The translations under genes were made by a program, and so were the position numbers. DNA of 64,000 nt, from positions 845,957 through 909,956 of the forward strand of contig JAVZCZ010000001.1 of assembly GCA_038874135.1 (NCBI GenBank), in the 5' to 3' direction. Every line of letters starts with the position of its first letter. Position 1 is the stretch's first letter. The DNA comes from Candidatus Woesearchaeota archaeon. GTDB taxonomy: Archaea; Nanobdellota; Nanobdellia; Woesearchaeales; 0-14-0-80-44-23. This document shows, piece by piece, positions 10,716 to 19,672 of this stretch. The notes beneath the pieces are model-generated. The model ran no database searches, had not been told where the DNA came from, and was given only the letters and a program-made list of their open reading frames with translations.

Positions 10716-10806
10716 AGAATAGACCTAGAAATTGACGAGCTCGTCTATAAGATTTATGACATAAACTGAAGAGGAGAAGAAAATAATTGAAGAAAGTTTC
10801 AAATAA
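10716..10806 (+). pseudogene. Frameshifted C-terminal tail of a type IIG/Eco57I-like R-M protein
   Basis: RIDLEIDELVYKIYDI / TEEEKKIIEESFK* with a 1-nt frameshift near 10763; resembles the EIDELVYxLYxLTEEExxII terminus of such enzymes. Confidence 0.55.
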
Positions 10807-10935
10807 CGCCGCCCCGTCTTCTAATAAAAAACGAAAAATCTCCTAAAATTTCCGCCACGATCCATTTTTACTCTCCTCACAGCTTCACTGTTCGTCGGCA
10901 CGTTGCACTCGTTCGCCCAAATTTCCCCAACAGGA

Positions 10936-10967
10936 AACTTCGTTAAATCGCATATGTTAGTTGCAAT
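10936..10967 (+). repeat. attC-like right arm (second copy)
   Basis: AACTTCGTTAAAT-N7-GTTAGTT; the first 13 nt are identical to 1121-1133. Confidence 0.5.
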
Positions 10968-11018
10968 TTGCCCCCTCGCTACGAAATGGAAAACGAACGG
11001 AAGCCCAACTGCAAACGC

Positions 11019-11366
11019 CTAATGCAACTTATCAATACGATTTTTTAGCTGATTCTTTAAGAATTTATTTAATGCTTCATCAACAGTTCTTTCTTCGGTT
11101 ACAATTGGTGTGATGTTGCTGTTTACTAAATCTGAATAAATTCTTTGCCCCATTCCATAACTGATCACAATCTCACAATCTTTTACATTCTTAATCATGG
11201 CTGAATGGTCACAACTTCCACACTCGCTAGAGCTTTTACCAATATTTTCCCTATAAGTTCTATTAATCACCTTTCCATTTTGAATATCAAACACTACAAA
11301 ACCCATTGCTCTACCAAAATGGGGAGATATTGTTTTTTTGTCATCACTTGCTATTGCTATCTTCAT
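11019..11366 (-). CDS. NifB/NifX family (dinitrogenase FeMo-cofactor-binding-like) protein
   Basis: MKIAIASDD...ISPHFGRA...GMG pattern. Confidence 0.85.
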   Translation of the reverse strand: MKIAIASDDKKTISPHFGRAMGFVVFDIQNGKVINRTYRENIGKSSSECGSCDHSAMIKNVKDCEIVISYGMGQRIYSDLVNSNITPIVTEERTVDEALNKFLKNQLKNRIDKLH

Positions 11367-11697
11367 CTTGTAACCCCCTCCTCTGACAAAAACCTCTGCC
11401 TTTTCTTATAAATTTAAAATTTCCGCCCTCAATTTTAAGGGCTTTTCCATTTACAATAGAATCAGCAATTTTTTTCCTGGCTGATAAAATTAACCTATGA
11501 AAAGTTGGCTGTGAAATATTCATTTTTTTGGCACATTCTTCTTGTTCCAAGCCTTCTAAATCTTTTAATCTTACAGCTTCAAATTCATCAAGAGTAAGAA
11601 TTGATTCTTCTAAATCTGATACCGGAATTCCTCTCGGCTTAAAATAAGTAACATTTGGTTTTGAAAAGATTCTCCTGCAAAGCCTCGGTCGTGCCAT
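11344..11697 (-). CDS. DUF134 (UPF0251) DNA-binding protein
   Basis: MARPRLCRRI...YFKPRG...DEFEAVRLKDLEGLEQEECAKKMNISQPTFHR. Confidence 0.9.
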   Translation of the reverse strand: MARPRLCRRIFSKPNVTYFKPRGIPVSDLEESILTLDEFEAVRLKDLEGLEQEECAKKMNISQPTFHRLILSARKKIADSIVNGKALKIEGGNFKFIRKGRGFCQRRGLQDEDSNSK

Positions 11698-11736
11698 ATT
11701 ATGAATACTTATTCACATTTCTATTTAAACCTTACG
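11698..11736 (-). promoter_or_regulatory. Imperfect palindromic operator plus TATA box of the DUF134 gene
   Basis: ATTATGAATACTTATTCACATTT followed by CTATTTAAACCTT; paralogous to 12019-12060. Confidence 0.6.
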
Positions 11737-11761
11737 AAAATAAAAAAGCAAAAGAATAAGC

Positions 11762-11998
11762 TTACTCCATTTCTTTCAATTTTTTCTCTATCTCTTGCTT
11801 TTCCAAATCTATTTCTTTGAGCTCTGCTTCGAGGATTTTCTTTTCTTCTTCTTTCGTTAAGGTTACTTGTCTTCTAAATCCAACTCCTCTTCTGTAACCT
11901 CTGCTAAATCCTCTTCGCATTCCATAACTACAAGGTCCAAGTCCTCTTCCTGTTAGAGGTCCTAAACCTAAAGGTCCTGTACCGTCTTGTCCTGGCAT
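11762..11998 (-). CDS. DUF5320 family Gly/Arg-rich small protein
   Basis: MPGQDGTGPLGLGPLTGRGLGPC plus C-terminal coiled coil; GGAGGTGA RBS. Confidence 0.85.
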   Translation of the reverse strand: MPGQDGTGPLGLGPLTGRGLGPCSYGMRRGFSRGYRRGVGFRRQVTLTKEEEKKILEAELKEIDLEKQEIEKKLKEME

Positions 11999-12018
11999 TT
12001 TGTTCACCTCCTTATGTT

Positions 12019-12060
12019 TAATTATGAATATATATTCATAATTACTATTTAAACCTTTCG
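12019..12060 (-). promoter_or_regulatory. 26-bp perfect palindrome operator plus TATA box
   Basis: TAATTATGAATATATATTCATAATTA (12019-12044), then CTATTTAAACCTT. Confidence 0.65.
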
Positions 12061-12076
12061 GTTTTTCGTGGTGGGG

Positions 12077-12106
12077 CTTCTAAAATATGGTCTGTTACGC
12101 AGAAAT
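12077..12106 (+). repeat. Degenerate attC-like right arm at the island boundary
   Basis: CTTCTAAAAT-N7-GTTACGCAGAAAT; same spacing as the copies at 1123 and 10938. Confidence 0.35.
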
Positions 12107-12219
12107 AATAATAAATGTTCGATGGCAAAAATTCAGAGCTGTTGATTCTGCATAAATTTGGTGATAAAAATGAAGATTTTTAATGTTTAAGGCATCAACA
12201 TTAAGTTAACAGAACCAAA

Positions 12220-12879
12220 GTGAAAAAATTTTTAAATAGCTTCAAAATTCTTTATGTTATGTTATTCCTCTCATTTTCTGAACTGATTGACCTGGTTGCG
12301 ATGATAATATTCCTCGGTTTAATATTCTGGGACATATTCAGGATTCCGCACACATCCTATTCAGCATATGAACCACTTGAAGAGGTCTACCTTAAAAAGA
12401 GAAGGAACAATAGAACCTTCTTAGGAATTCCTGCAAGGGACTTTTGGAACTCAGTAATGATAGTTGCCCCGGCAATAGCTCTTCACGAGATGGCGCACAA
12501 ATTTTTAGCAAACTCATTTGGTATTCAAGCAGTTTTTCACGCCAGCTACTTCTGGCTCATATTAGGCTTGATCCTCAAGCTTGTGAGATTTCCATTTCTA
12601 ATATTTGTGCCCGGATATGTAAGCATATACGGCTCTGGGACACCCCTGCAGAATGCAGCTGTCGCGTTTGCGGGGCCAGCAGCCAACCTGCTGCTCTGGC
12701 TTGGCTCCCTGATTTTATTGAAGAGTCGCATTAGGATTTCCTCAGATAAAAGGATGCTTCTGGCTTTAAGCGCCAGGGTGAATATGTTTCTTTTCCTCTT
12801 CAACATGCTACCCATACCGCCCTTTGACGGCTTTTCAGTCTTTTCAAACTTGTTTGTCTTGCTGAAAGCGTTTTTCTAA
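12220..12879 (+). CDS. Site-2 protease (M50 family) intramembrane metalloprotease (start may be ATG 12259)
   Basis: HEMAH, AFAGPAAN and FNMLPIPPFDG motifs. Confidence 0.9.
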   Translation: MKKFLNSFKILYVMLFLSFSELIDLVAMIIFLGLIFWDIFRIPHTSYSAYEPLEEVYLKKRRNNRTFLGIPARDFWNSVMIVAPAIALHEMAHKFLANSFGIQAVFHASYFWLILGLILKLVRFPFLIFVPGYVSIYGSGTPLQNAAVAFAGPAANLLLWLGSLILLKSRIRISSDKRMLLALSARVNMFLFLFNMLPIPPFDGFSVFSNLFVLLKAFF

Positions 12880-12890
12880 ATAAAAGAATA

Positions 12891-15359
12891 TCACTTGAAG
12901 AAGCTGCTCAAATTTCTCTGCTGTTTTTCTCCTTGCGCGCCACCTACAAGCTCTTCTTCTTCATATCCGAGAACTTCAAATATGCGCCCTACTGATGGAA
13001 TTATCTGGTTGCTTATGTAGTATTCAGAATCGTAGCTTCCCTCTTCAGCTTCTTCAGGAAGCTTAGCCCTGTCCCTTATCCTGCCCTTTCCCTCAACTAC
13101 TATGTAGGGTATTATTGTGCCCGGGCCAACAACCTTTCTCAGCTCCTTCATCCTCTGAGCAACAGCCACGTGGGGCCCTACGGAGTTGTATTCGTCTACT
13201 CCCTTCTGAAGCTGAGTATATATTATGAGTTGTTCGTTGGGAATCTTCTTTTCTTTGAGCTTCTCAATTATCTGTCTAACATATTTGAAAGCGGCTTCTC
13301 CTTCTCCTCTTTCAAGTATCATTCTCAGAACCTTGGCTTGAACCTCCTTTCCTATTATTGACCAGTTTCTCCTTACAGTTTCAAAGCCTCTAATCTTTAG
13401 CCTTCCAGAGGCTGAGATTAGGGCGTACTTCTTCTTAGCTCCATAGCTTCCAGCCTTTGCTGAAACAAATATTCCCCTGGGGTAAAAGTCCTCAAGCTCC
13501 ATCTCCATTGTTCCAGGAAGTTCCCTGTTTATCTGGTTTAGGAAGTGTTCAGCATCCTCTCTTCTCTTATCTCCCAGGGTGAAAAATATTGAGTCCGTAT
13601 CAGAATATAGTACCTTAAATCCGTTCTCAGTGGCTTTATCAATAACTTTCTTTATGTAATACCTTCCATAAGCAGTTATGCTCTTTGCACACTCTATGCA
13701 GTACCACCTGGCTGCGAAGAAGCCCATATAGCCATACATTGAATTTGCTATTGTTTTTAGAGCGTTCTGCCTAGCGTTCAGCAGCTTTTTGTCGTGCTCA
13801 TTTGCACCTTTGAGAATCTCTTTTATTCTCATCCTTCTTGTTATGAGCTCGTTTATCACAGTAGATATGAAGCCCCGCTTCTTTTTACAGAACCAGTAGT
13901 CCAGCTCGGGCACATCCTCTTTTGAGCTACGGCAGCATTCACAGTTAAGCGTGTCGGGAGATATGTTATGAGTTGTTATTATGCTTGGGTAGAGGCTTCT
14001 GAAGTCAAAAACAACTATGTTGCTGTAAAGTCCCGGCTGCGGCTCAAAGACAAACGCTCCAGGGTAGGTCTGCGCCTTTCTAATCCTAACTTCCTGATGG
14101 TCTGGCTTGTTTGGGATGAGCTCGTTAAAGTTCTTCGCCTCTTTTATTAGAAACCACTCAACTATCTGGCTCGGTCCCATTCTGGAAACTTCAAATGCGG
14201 GCATTCCGACAATCTTTATCAGCTCCATAAGGTTTTCCAGCGTCTTTTCCAGAAGCTTATATGTCAGGGCAGAGTCTTGAAGGTTGTATCTGCAAAAAGC
14301 CTCCAGCTCTTCAGGATTGTTATCCCAGGCAGATGCCAGCTTTTCAATTTCAACTTCTTCCTTTCTCTCATCCAAAAGCTCGGAAGCTACAGAATTAAGG
14401 TCTAGGTATGTTGTTTCTAGCCCTCTCGCCACAGTATTTCTCACAAACTTAAAGACATCAATGTGAGCTATGCCTACAACTCTGCAAGTGCTAATCTGGC
14501 CGTGCGAAACTGCGATTGTGCTGTAGTCCATCCCTATGTCCAGTTCAACCCTATTCTCTTCTGCCCTCTTTTTAAGGTATGGCAGATCGAAGCCGTCTGA
14601 GAAATAGCCTGTTATTATGTCCGGCTTGTGCTCTATAATTACCTGCTTGAACCTTTCTATGAGCTCCCTTTCATCCTTTACAAATTCTATGTAGTCCTCT
14701 TTAGTTTTAAACCTCTTCCAGGTTATTACTTTCTTAAAGTTGTGCGAGTAGAAAGAGCACATAAGGATTGGATCTTTTTCGGGAATCGCCATCTTGCCCT
14801 GCGGGTTGTATGTTTCTATGTCAAAAGCCAGTACTTTCAGTTTGGGTATTGTCTCTTCTGAGAAACATTTGAGTGCAGATGCTTCAAATACCGGCACTCT
14901 TGACTTTCTGTTGACAAATTCGCCTTCTGCTTCGCACAGACAGCACGGTACTATCTCATTATCTATCAAAAACTTCTTTGAAAACGGGATGTCTTCCTCA
15001 AGCACTGAGAAACCCATCTTTTTGATCTCTTCTGCAAAAGCCTCTGAATCGGAAGGATTCCTGAATTCAACCCTTACCGCTTCAACTTCTCTGCCTACCA
15101 GATTCTTTCTGAAAACTTCAGCTGCACTTATCGTTGCAGTAGTGCCGTTCTTCCTTGTTATTCTCAGTTCTCTTATACTGCTTATTTTATGTCCGCTCAG
15201 TGTCTTTTTATCCTCCGGCACTGCCCAAAAGTAGGGATTAAATTTTGAATACTCCACAGCAATAGGGTCGCCATTCTTATCCCTTCCATACATTATCACA
15301 CTTGCCCCTTCCTCCCTTACTTTGCCAGCTATTTCCAGAGGATAAAACTCAATCTTCAT
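12891..15359 (-). CDS. polB: Family B DNA polymerase
   Basis: Exonuclease FDIET; polymerase DFRSLYPS, KTIANSMYG, YSDTDS, KKKY. Confidence 0.97.
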   Translation of the reverse strand: MKIEFYPLEIAGKVREEGASVIMYGRDKNGDPIAVEYSKFNPYFWAVPEDKKTLSGHKISSIRELRITRKNGTTATISAAEVFRKNLVGREVEAVRVEFRNPSDSEAFAEEIKKMGFSVLEEDIPFSKKFLIDNEIVPCCLCEAEGEFVNRKSRVPVFEASALKCFSEETIPKLKVLAFDIETYNPQGKMAIPEKDPILMCSFYSHNFKKVITWKRFKTKEDYIEFVKDERELIERFKQVIIEHKPDIITGYFSDGFDLPYLKKRAEENRVELDIGMDYSTIAVSHGQISTCRVVGIAHIDVFKFVRNTVARGLETTYLDLNSVASELLDERKEEVEIEKLASAWDNNPEELEAFCRYNLQDSALTYKLLEKTLENLMELIKIVGMPAFEVSRMGPSQIVEWFLIKEAKNFNELIPNKPDHQEVRIRKAQTYPGAFVFEPQPGLYSNIVVFDFRSLYPSIITTHNISPDTLNCECCRSSKEDVPELDYWFCKKKRGFISTVINELITRRMRIKEILKGANEHDKKLLNARQNALKTIANSMYGYMGFFAARWYCIECAKSITAYGRYYIKKVIDKATENGFKVLYSDTDSIFFTLGDKRREDAEHFLNQINRELPGTMEMELEDFYPRGIFVSAKAGSYGAKKKYALISASGRLKIRGFETVRRNWSIIGKEVQAKVLRMILERGEGEAAFKYVRQIIEKLKEKKIPNEQLIIYTQLQKGVDEYNSVGPHVAVAQRMKELRKVVGPGTIIPYIVVEGKGRIRDRAKLPEEAEEGSYDSEYYISNQIIPSVGRIFEVLGYEEEELVGGAQGEKQQRNLSSFFK

Positions 15360-15410
15360 AAATCAAATATTTACTTGTGAATATATAAATTTTCTCAATA
15401 TAAACACGAA

Positions 15411-16220
15411 TTACGGCTTTTGAGCTTCGCTTAGAAATGCGTCTTTAACTCCCTTATAAACATAAGAAGAGGTTGCCTTTTCAGGCTCATTTGAGAGTGC
15501 CTGCTTGTGAGCTTTTTCAGCTGCAAGGTATGCTTCCCTAACTGAGACCATTCCGTCAGAATTCAAGTCAAGTGATTTGTCTTGAAATGCTTCCCAGAAT
15601 GTTTTGGAAAAGGTTTTAGATATCGTCTGGTGCTCCTCATCTACTGAGGAAATTGCAATTGCATCATACGGAAACTCTTTAAATTCCTCGCTAAATCCTC
15701 CGGAGTAACACTGATCTGATACTATGATGGAGAGCCCAGCTCCTATCCTCTCAAGATATTCCCTGAGGCATCTTGAGGAGAGCTCGTATTGTGAGAGTTG
15801 GAAGGTGCTCTCCCCTTCTCTTCTTCCACCGTGCCCGGTAAGATAAACAACAAGTTCGTCATTGTTATCCACAGCATTGTAAAGAGCATTTATCGCGTCT
15901 TCCAGGTTTAAAATGCTTGGCTCTGCACAAAAGCTTCTGCCGCTCGCATCGGGATTTTTGTGAGATATTACTATTATATTTTCGGGTTTAAAACCTTCAT
16001 TTATTAGACATCTATACGCATTTTTTAAATTTGTCAGGTGTCTAGCTTCTTTACTGCCGCTCAACAACAAGGCATAATTCTCCCTCAAAGAATGGTTTAT
16101 CCTGCTCGGATTAAGTGCCTCTTCTAAGCTCATTCCAACAGCTTCTGGCCTTCCAAAGGTGCAGGTAGCACCCACTGCAAAAACAGCTGCAATCTTTAAG
16201 GCTTTCTTCCAGAGGCGCAT
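15411..16220 (-). CDS. Secreted clan CD cysteine peptidase (C13/caspase-like)
   Basis: Signal-like N-terminus; VYLTGHGG and SDQCYSGGF His-Cys dyad. Confidence 0.8.
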   Translation of the reverse strand: MRLWKKALKIAAVFAVGATCTFGRPEAVGMSLEEALNPSRINHSLRENYALLLSGSKEARHLTNLKNAYRCLINEGFKPENIIVISHKNPDASGRSFCAEPSILNLEDAINALYNAVDNNDELVVYLTGHGGRREGESTFQLSQYELSSRCLREYLERIGAGLSIIVSDQCYSGGFSEEFKEFPYDAIAISSVDEEHQTISKTFSKTFWEAFQDKSLDLNSDGMVSVREAYLAAEKAHKQALSNEPEKATSSYVYKGVKDAFLSEAQKP

Positions 16221-16372
16221 ATGCTCATGATAAGCCGTCTTTTTTATAAATGTTTCGTTTTGTTGTCATTATAAAATAGTAAAATGATTTGTTTTTTGGG
16301 TGTGTTTTTTTGTCCAGTATAAATTCACACAAAAATCTTTAAATACATATATCCTATACGATTTTTAGAAAA

Positions 16373-17458
16373 ATGCTAAACATTTTCAACTTGAACAAAC
16401 TAAAATATTCAAACAGAACCTCGGAAAAAACTCAATTAGAGGGAACTGCAGAAAGCTCTCCTGGCGAAACGGAACCAGGAACTAAAAATGCTGAGAATGT
16501 AATTTTGGAGGAATCAAAAATGGAAGAACCAACTGAAAAAAATGATGAATCAAATCAAGTGTATGATTTGATAATAATCGGAGGAGGCCCAGCAGGATAT
16601 TCAGCAGCCATTTATGCGGGAAGGTACAACCTGAAAGCAGTAGTGCTGACCAAAGAATTAGGTGTCATCTCAGAAGCGCCCGAAGTTGAAAACTATCCCG
16701 GAATAGAAAGCATTTCAGGATTTGAGCTTATGCAGAGATTCCAAAAGCACGCTCAAAAGGTCGGAGTAGAAACCAAGTTTGTAGAAGTTGCAGATGTTAG
16801 AAGGGGAATAACACTCTTTTCAGTGACAGATTCCGACGGCAACATCTATAAAGGGCACACAATTCTTATAGCAACAGGAACTGAAAAGAGAAAACTTGAA
16901 GCTGAAAATGCTGAAAAATATGAGGGAAGAGGAATAAGCTACTGTGCAACTTGTGACGCAGCATTCTATAAGGACAAAAGAGTAGCAGTGGTCGGCGGGA
17001 GTGACAGCGCTGCAAAGTATGCACTGCTGCTCGCAAGCTTTGCTTCCAAAGTTTATATAATATACCGTGGAGAGAACTTGCGTGCAGAGCAGATGCTCGT
17101 GGACAAGGTAAAATCCAATCCCAAAATAGAAATATTGACAAAGGAGCTCATCTCAAAAATTGAGGGAGAAAAAAGGGTTGAGCGCATAACACTATCCAGC
17201 GGAAGGCAGATTGAAATTGATGGCATATTTGTTGCAATGGGCGGAATCCCAAGCTCTGCACTGGCAAAAAAACTCGGAGTAGAAGTTGACCCCAGCGGTT
17301 ATATCATAGTTAATAATGAGACCCAAGCAACAAACATTCCTGGAGTTTATGCAGCAGGCGATGTAACTAAGTTCCCACTAAAACAGATAATAACAGCAGC
17401 TGCACAGGGAGCAGTGGCTGCTCATAGCGTAAACGACTTCATAAAGGAGAGAAGATGA
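16373..17458 (+). CDS. trxB: Thioredoxin-disulfide reductase (start may be ATG 16520)
   Basis: GGGPAG, CATCD, GGSDSA and YAAGDVT motifs. Confidence 0.93.
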   Translation: MLNIFNLNKLKYSNRTSEKTQLEGTAESSPGETEPGTKNAENVILEESKMEEPTEKNDESNQVYDLIIIGGGPAGYSAAIYAGRYNLKAVVLTKELGVISEAPEVENYPGIESISGFELMQRFQKHAQKVGVETKFVEVADVRRGITLFSVTDSDGNIYKGHTILIATGTEKRKLEAENAEKYEGRGISYCATCDAAFYKDKRVAVVGGSDSAAKYALLLASFASKVYIIYRGENLRAEQMLVDKVKSNPKIEILTKELISKIEGEKRVERITLSSGRQIEIDGIFVAMGGIPSSALAKKLGVEVDPSGYIIVNNETQATNIPGVYAAGDVTKFPLKQIITAAAQGAVAAHSVNDFIKERR

Positions 17459-17805
17459 GAGCCTGCCCCCTTTGCGGAAGTGAGGTCAGCGGCGACTCAA
17501 AAACAGGATACTACTGCAAGAGGTGTAACCTCATATTTGACGAGAGAGAAACAATTTGTGCTCCCGATTCTAAGGTTGAAGAAGCTGAAACCAAAAATTT
17601 AGATATAAAAAGCGAAGAAGTTAAAGACAATACGCAAGATGTTCAGAAATTCATAACCTCCGCCAAAGCAAAGCGCTACCACTTGCCAAACTGCCCATTT
17701 GCACAGAAAATACGCCCGGAAAAGAGAATATTTTTCAATTCAGCCGAAGAAGCAGAAATGCATGGTTACAAGCCTTGCGAGTGCACTCAGAAAATCTCAC
17801 CTTAA
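17455..17805 (+). CDS. Zn-ribbon plus Ada-like metal-binding domain protein
   Basis: CPLC...CKRC, then YHLPNC...AEMHGYKPCEC. Confidence 0.7.
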   Translation: MRACPLCGSEVSGDSKTGYYCKRCNLIFDERETICAPDSKVEEAETKNLDIKSEEVKDNTQDVQKFITSAKAKRYHLPNCPFAQKIRPEKRIFFNSAEEAEMHGYKPCECTQKISP

Positions 17806-18014
17806 TAATCTTCAAGCCTGTAAAGCACATAAACCGCTCTTGCAATTGCCATAACGCAAAGAAACATCACTACAATGTTCTCTCCCGGAATTCCAAGCCC
17901 GAAGAAGGAGTTCTCGCCACGCATATAGGAGCGAAGGCTGGAGAAAAATATTACCCCAAAAGTGAGTATCAGCACTACAAGCACTTTCACGAATGTCTTT
18001 CTGTAGCTTCTCAT
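17802..18014 (-). CDS. Small membrane protein
   Basis: Two hydrophobic segments; ATGA overlap with the upstream gene. Confidence 0.6.
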   Translation of the reverse strand: MRSYRKTFVKVLVVLILTFGVIFFSSLRSYMRGENSFFGLGIPGENIVVMFLCVMAIARAVYVLYRLEDY

Positions 18015-18406
18015 TTTTTATCATCCAAAACAATAGAGAGCATATTTATGTTGGCAAGAGCATTCAGGTAGGATTTTGCATCCTTCCTGTCCATAGTTTG
18101 AATCATTCTTAAAGCCCGACTTATAAGTTCTCTCATCCCTCTAATAAAATCCTCTCCATTCTCAACAACCACATTTACATTGCCATAAGAATCTGCAGAG
18201 TAGTGCCTCTTAGCAGCAGCCATCCTAAGCATTTCTTCCAGAATGTTATACGCCTCATATTCAACATGCATCCTCTTTGAAATCTCAGAAGTGCCTTTCA
18301 AGTCCTCAAACTCAACAGAGAACCTGGCTGTTTTCTCCGCAGGAAGATAATCTGCAAGAGAAATTCTTAAAACCTTCACAAAAACCAGCTCATCTCTCAT
18401 AACCAT
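18011..18406 (-). CDS. Hypothetical protein
   Basis: 131-aa ORF with a TATA-like box ~25 nt upstream. Confidence 0.65.
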   Translation of the reverse strand: MVMRDELVFVKVLRISLADYLPAEKTARFSVEFEDLKGTSEISKRMHVEYEAYNILEEMLRMAAAKRHYSADSYGNVNVVVENGEDFIRGMRELISRALRMIQTMDRKDAKSYLNALANINMLSIVLDDKK

Positions 18407-18464
18407 AATTAAGTAGAATAATTACTCAAATATTTAAGGTTTTAGAAAAAATTTGAAAAAAGGA

Positions 18465-18665
18465 TTATACTGCGCGTCTGGGAATTCTAGGCGTCCAGTT
18501 GCGCGAAATGTTATTAAACGCTTCTCCAGCCCTCTCAATGTTATTCCCACTTATTATTAGAACAATAGCCAATACCACTATTAACGCTGCTATGGCTATT
18601 ATCCACCACTTCCCACTAAGCTTGCACCTTGGCTTCTTGAACTCTTTTGAATTCTTTTCCTTCAT
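18465..18665 (-). CDS. Small single-pass membrane protein
   Basis: Basic N-terminus plus TM helix; AGGAGG RBS. Confidence 0.6.
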   Translation of the reverse strand: MKEKNSKEFKKPRCKLSGKWWIIAIAALIVVLAIVLIISGNNIERAGEAFNNISRNWTPRIPRRAV

Positions 18666-18725
18666 AAGATTGGCCTCCTTTTAGCTTATAAGCTTAAAAT
18701 TTCAGAATTACTATATAAATTTTTT

Positions 18726-19532
18726 TTAGAACAGAGAGCTTTCAAGATATGCTCCGAGCACTACTAAAATTATTGAAATCCCAATTAGAGTTACACAGTC
18801 GCGCACCCTCGCATAAAAAATCTCAGAAAATCTCTTCTCTGAAACAACCGTCCTGCTTAGTATTATTCCAGCAATAACAGCTAGGAAGTAGCTTCCAGAC
18901 TCAAGAAGGGTGTGGGGGAGCATCTTTAAGAGCGTTAAAAGCATCTGAAAAGTGCTCCCGCTAACTACCGCATCCCTTATAAAAATTCCAAGGACGCTGC
19001 CCCAAACTGAAGCGTTCCAAACCATCATCAACACTCCGCCAACTCCATATATCAAAGATATCACAAAACAGAAGAGCAAAACATAAGAATTGTTTGAAAG
19101 CAGAACTAAAAATGTGGATGGAGAAAAGGCATTTCCGGAACTTCCTAACATCCTCAACTGAGGGCTAAACACTAAAAAGGTGGCTTTAGGAGGCCAGAGT
19201 GCTGAAAACATCAAGAATGCGAACATTATTCCAAAAAACAGGGAGGCATATGTTGTGAGCAGCTTAGAATACGCAGAAAAAACTCCCAACTTTGAATTAC
19301 TTGCTCTGCCGTAAAAATCCTTCTCCCTTGAAAACATTACCTCCAATACGGGAACGCACAATAGGGATGTAAATGCTATTGCGGCAAATCCAGGACTGTT
19401 AGGGAAGAGGAATATTGCAGAGGCGATGCCAGTTATTGCATAGGTTAAGCCCATAAGGAACAGAAAAACCGGCTTTTCCCTTATCAGCTTCAATGAGTAA
19501 ATCTTCTCTAAGATTATTACCACCTGAAACAT
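18726..19532 (-). CDS. SpoIIM/DUF95 family membrane protein
   Basis: Multi-TM; NN...WNASVWG...LPHTLLE motif. Confidence 0.8.
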   Translation of the reverse strand: MFQVVIILEKIYSLKLIREKPVFLFLMGLTYAITGIASAIFLFPNSPGFAAIAFTSLLCVPVLEVMFSREKDFYGRASNSKLGVFSAYSKLLTTYASLFFGIMFAFLMFSALWPPKATFLVFSPQLRMLGSSGNAFSPSTFLVLLSNNSYVLLFCFVISLIYGVGGVLMMVWNASVWGSVLGIFIRDAVVSGSTFQMLLTLLKMLPHTLLESGSYFLAVIAGIILSRTVVSEKRFSEIFYARVRDCVTLIGISIILVVLGAYLESSLF

Positions 19533-19672
19533 AAAAGGTGAGAAGTGGTATATTAATTTTTTTTATAATTTTTCTCCTTAAAAGCGCAACATTTAAATAT
19601 AGATAAATAAAATAAAAGTAGATAAAAATAAAATAAAAAGAGATTTTAAATAAAACAAAAGGAGATTAATAG

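Noticed and set aside
12891-15359. Intein or inactivated PolB
   Set aside because: Length is normal and the catalytic motifs are contiguous and intact.
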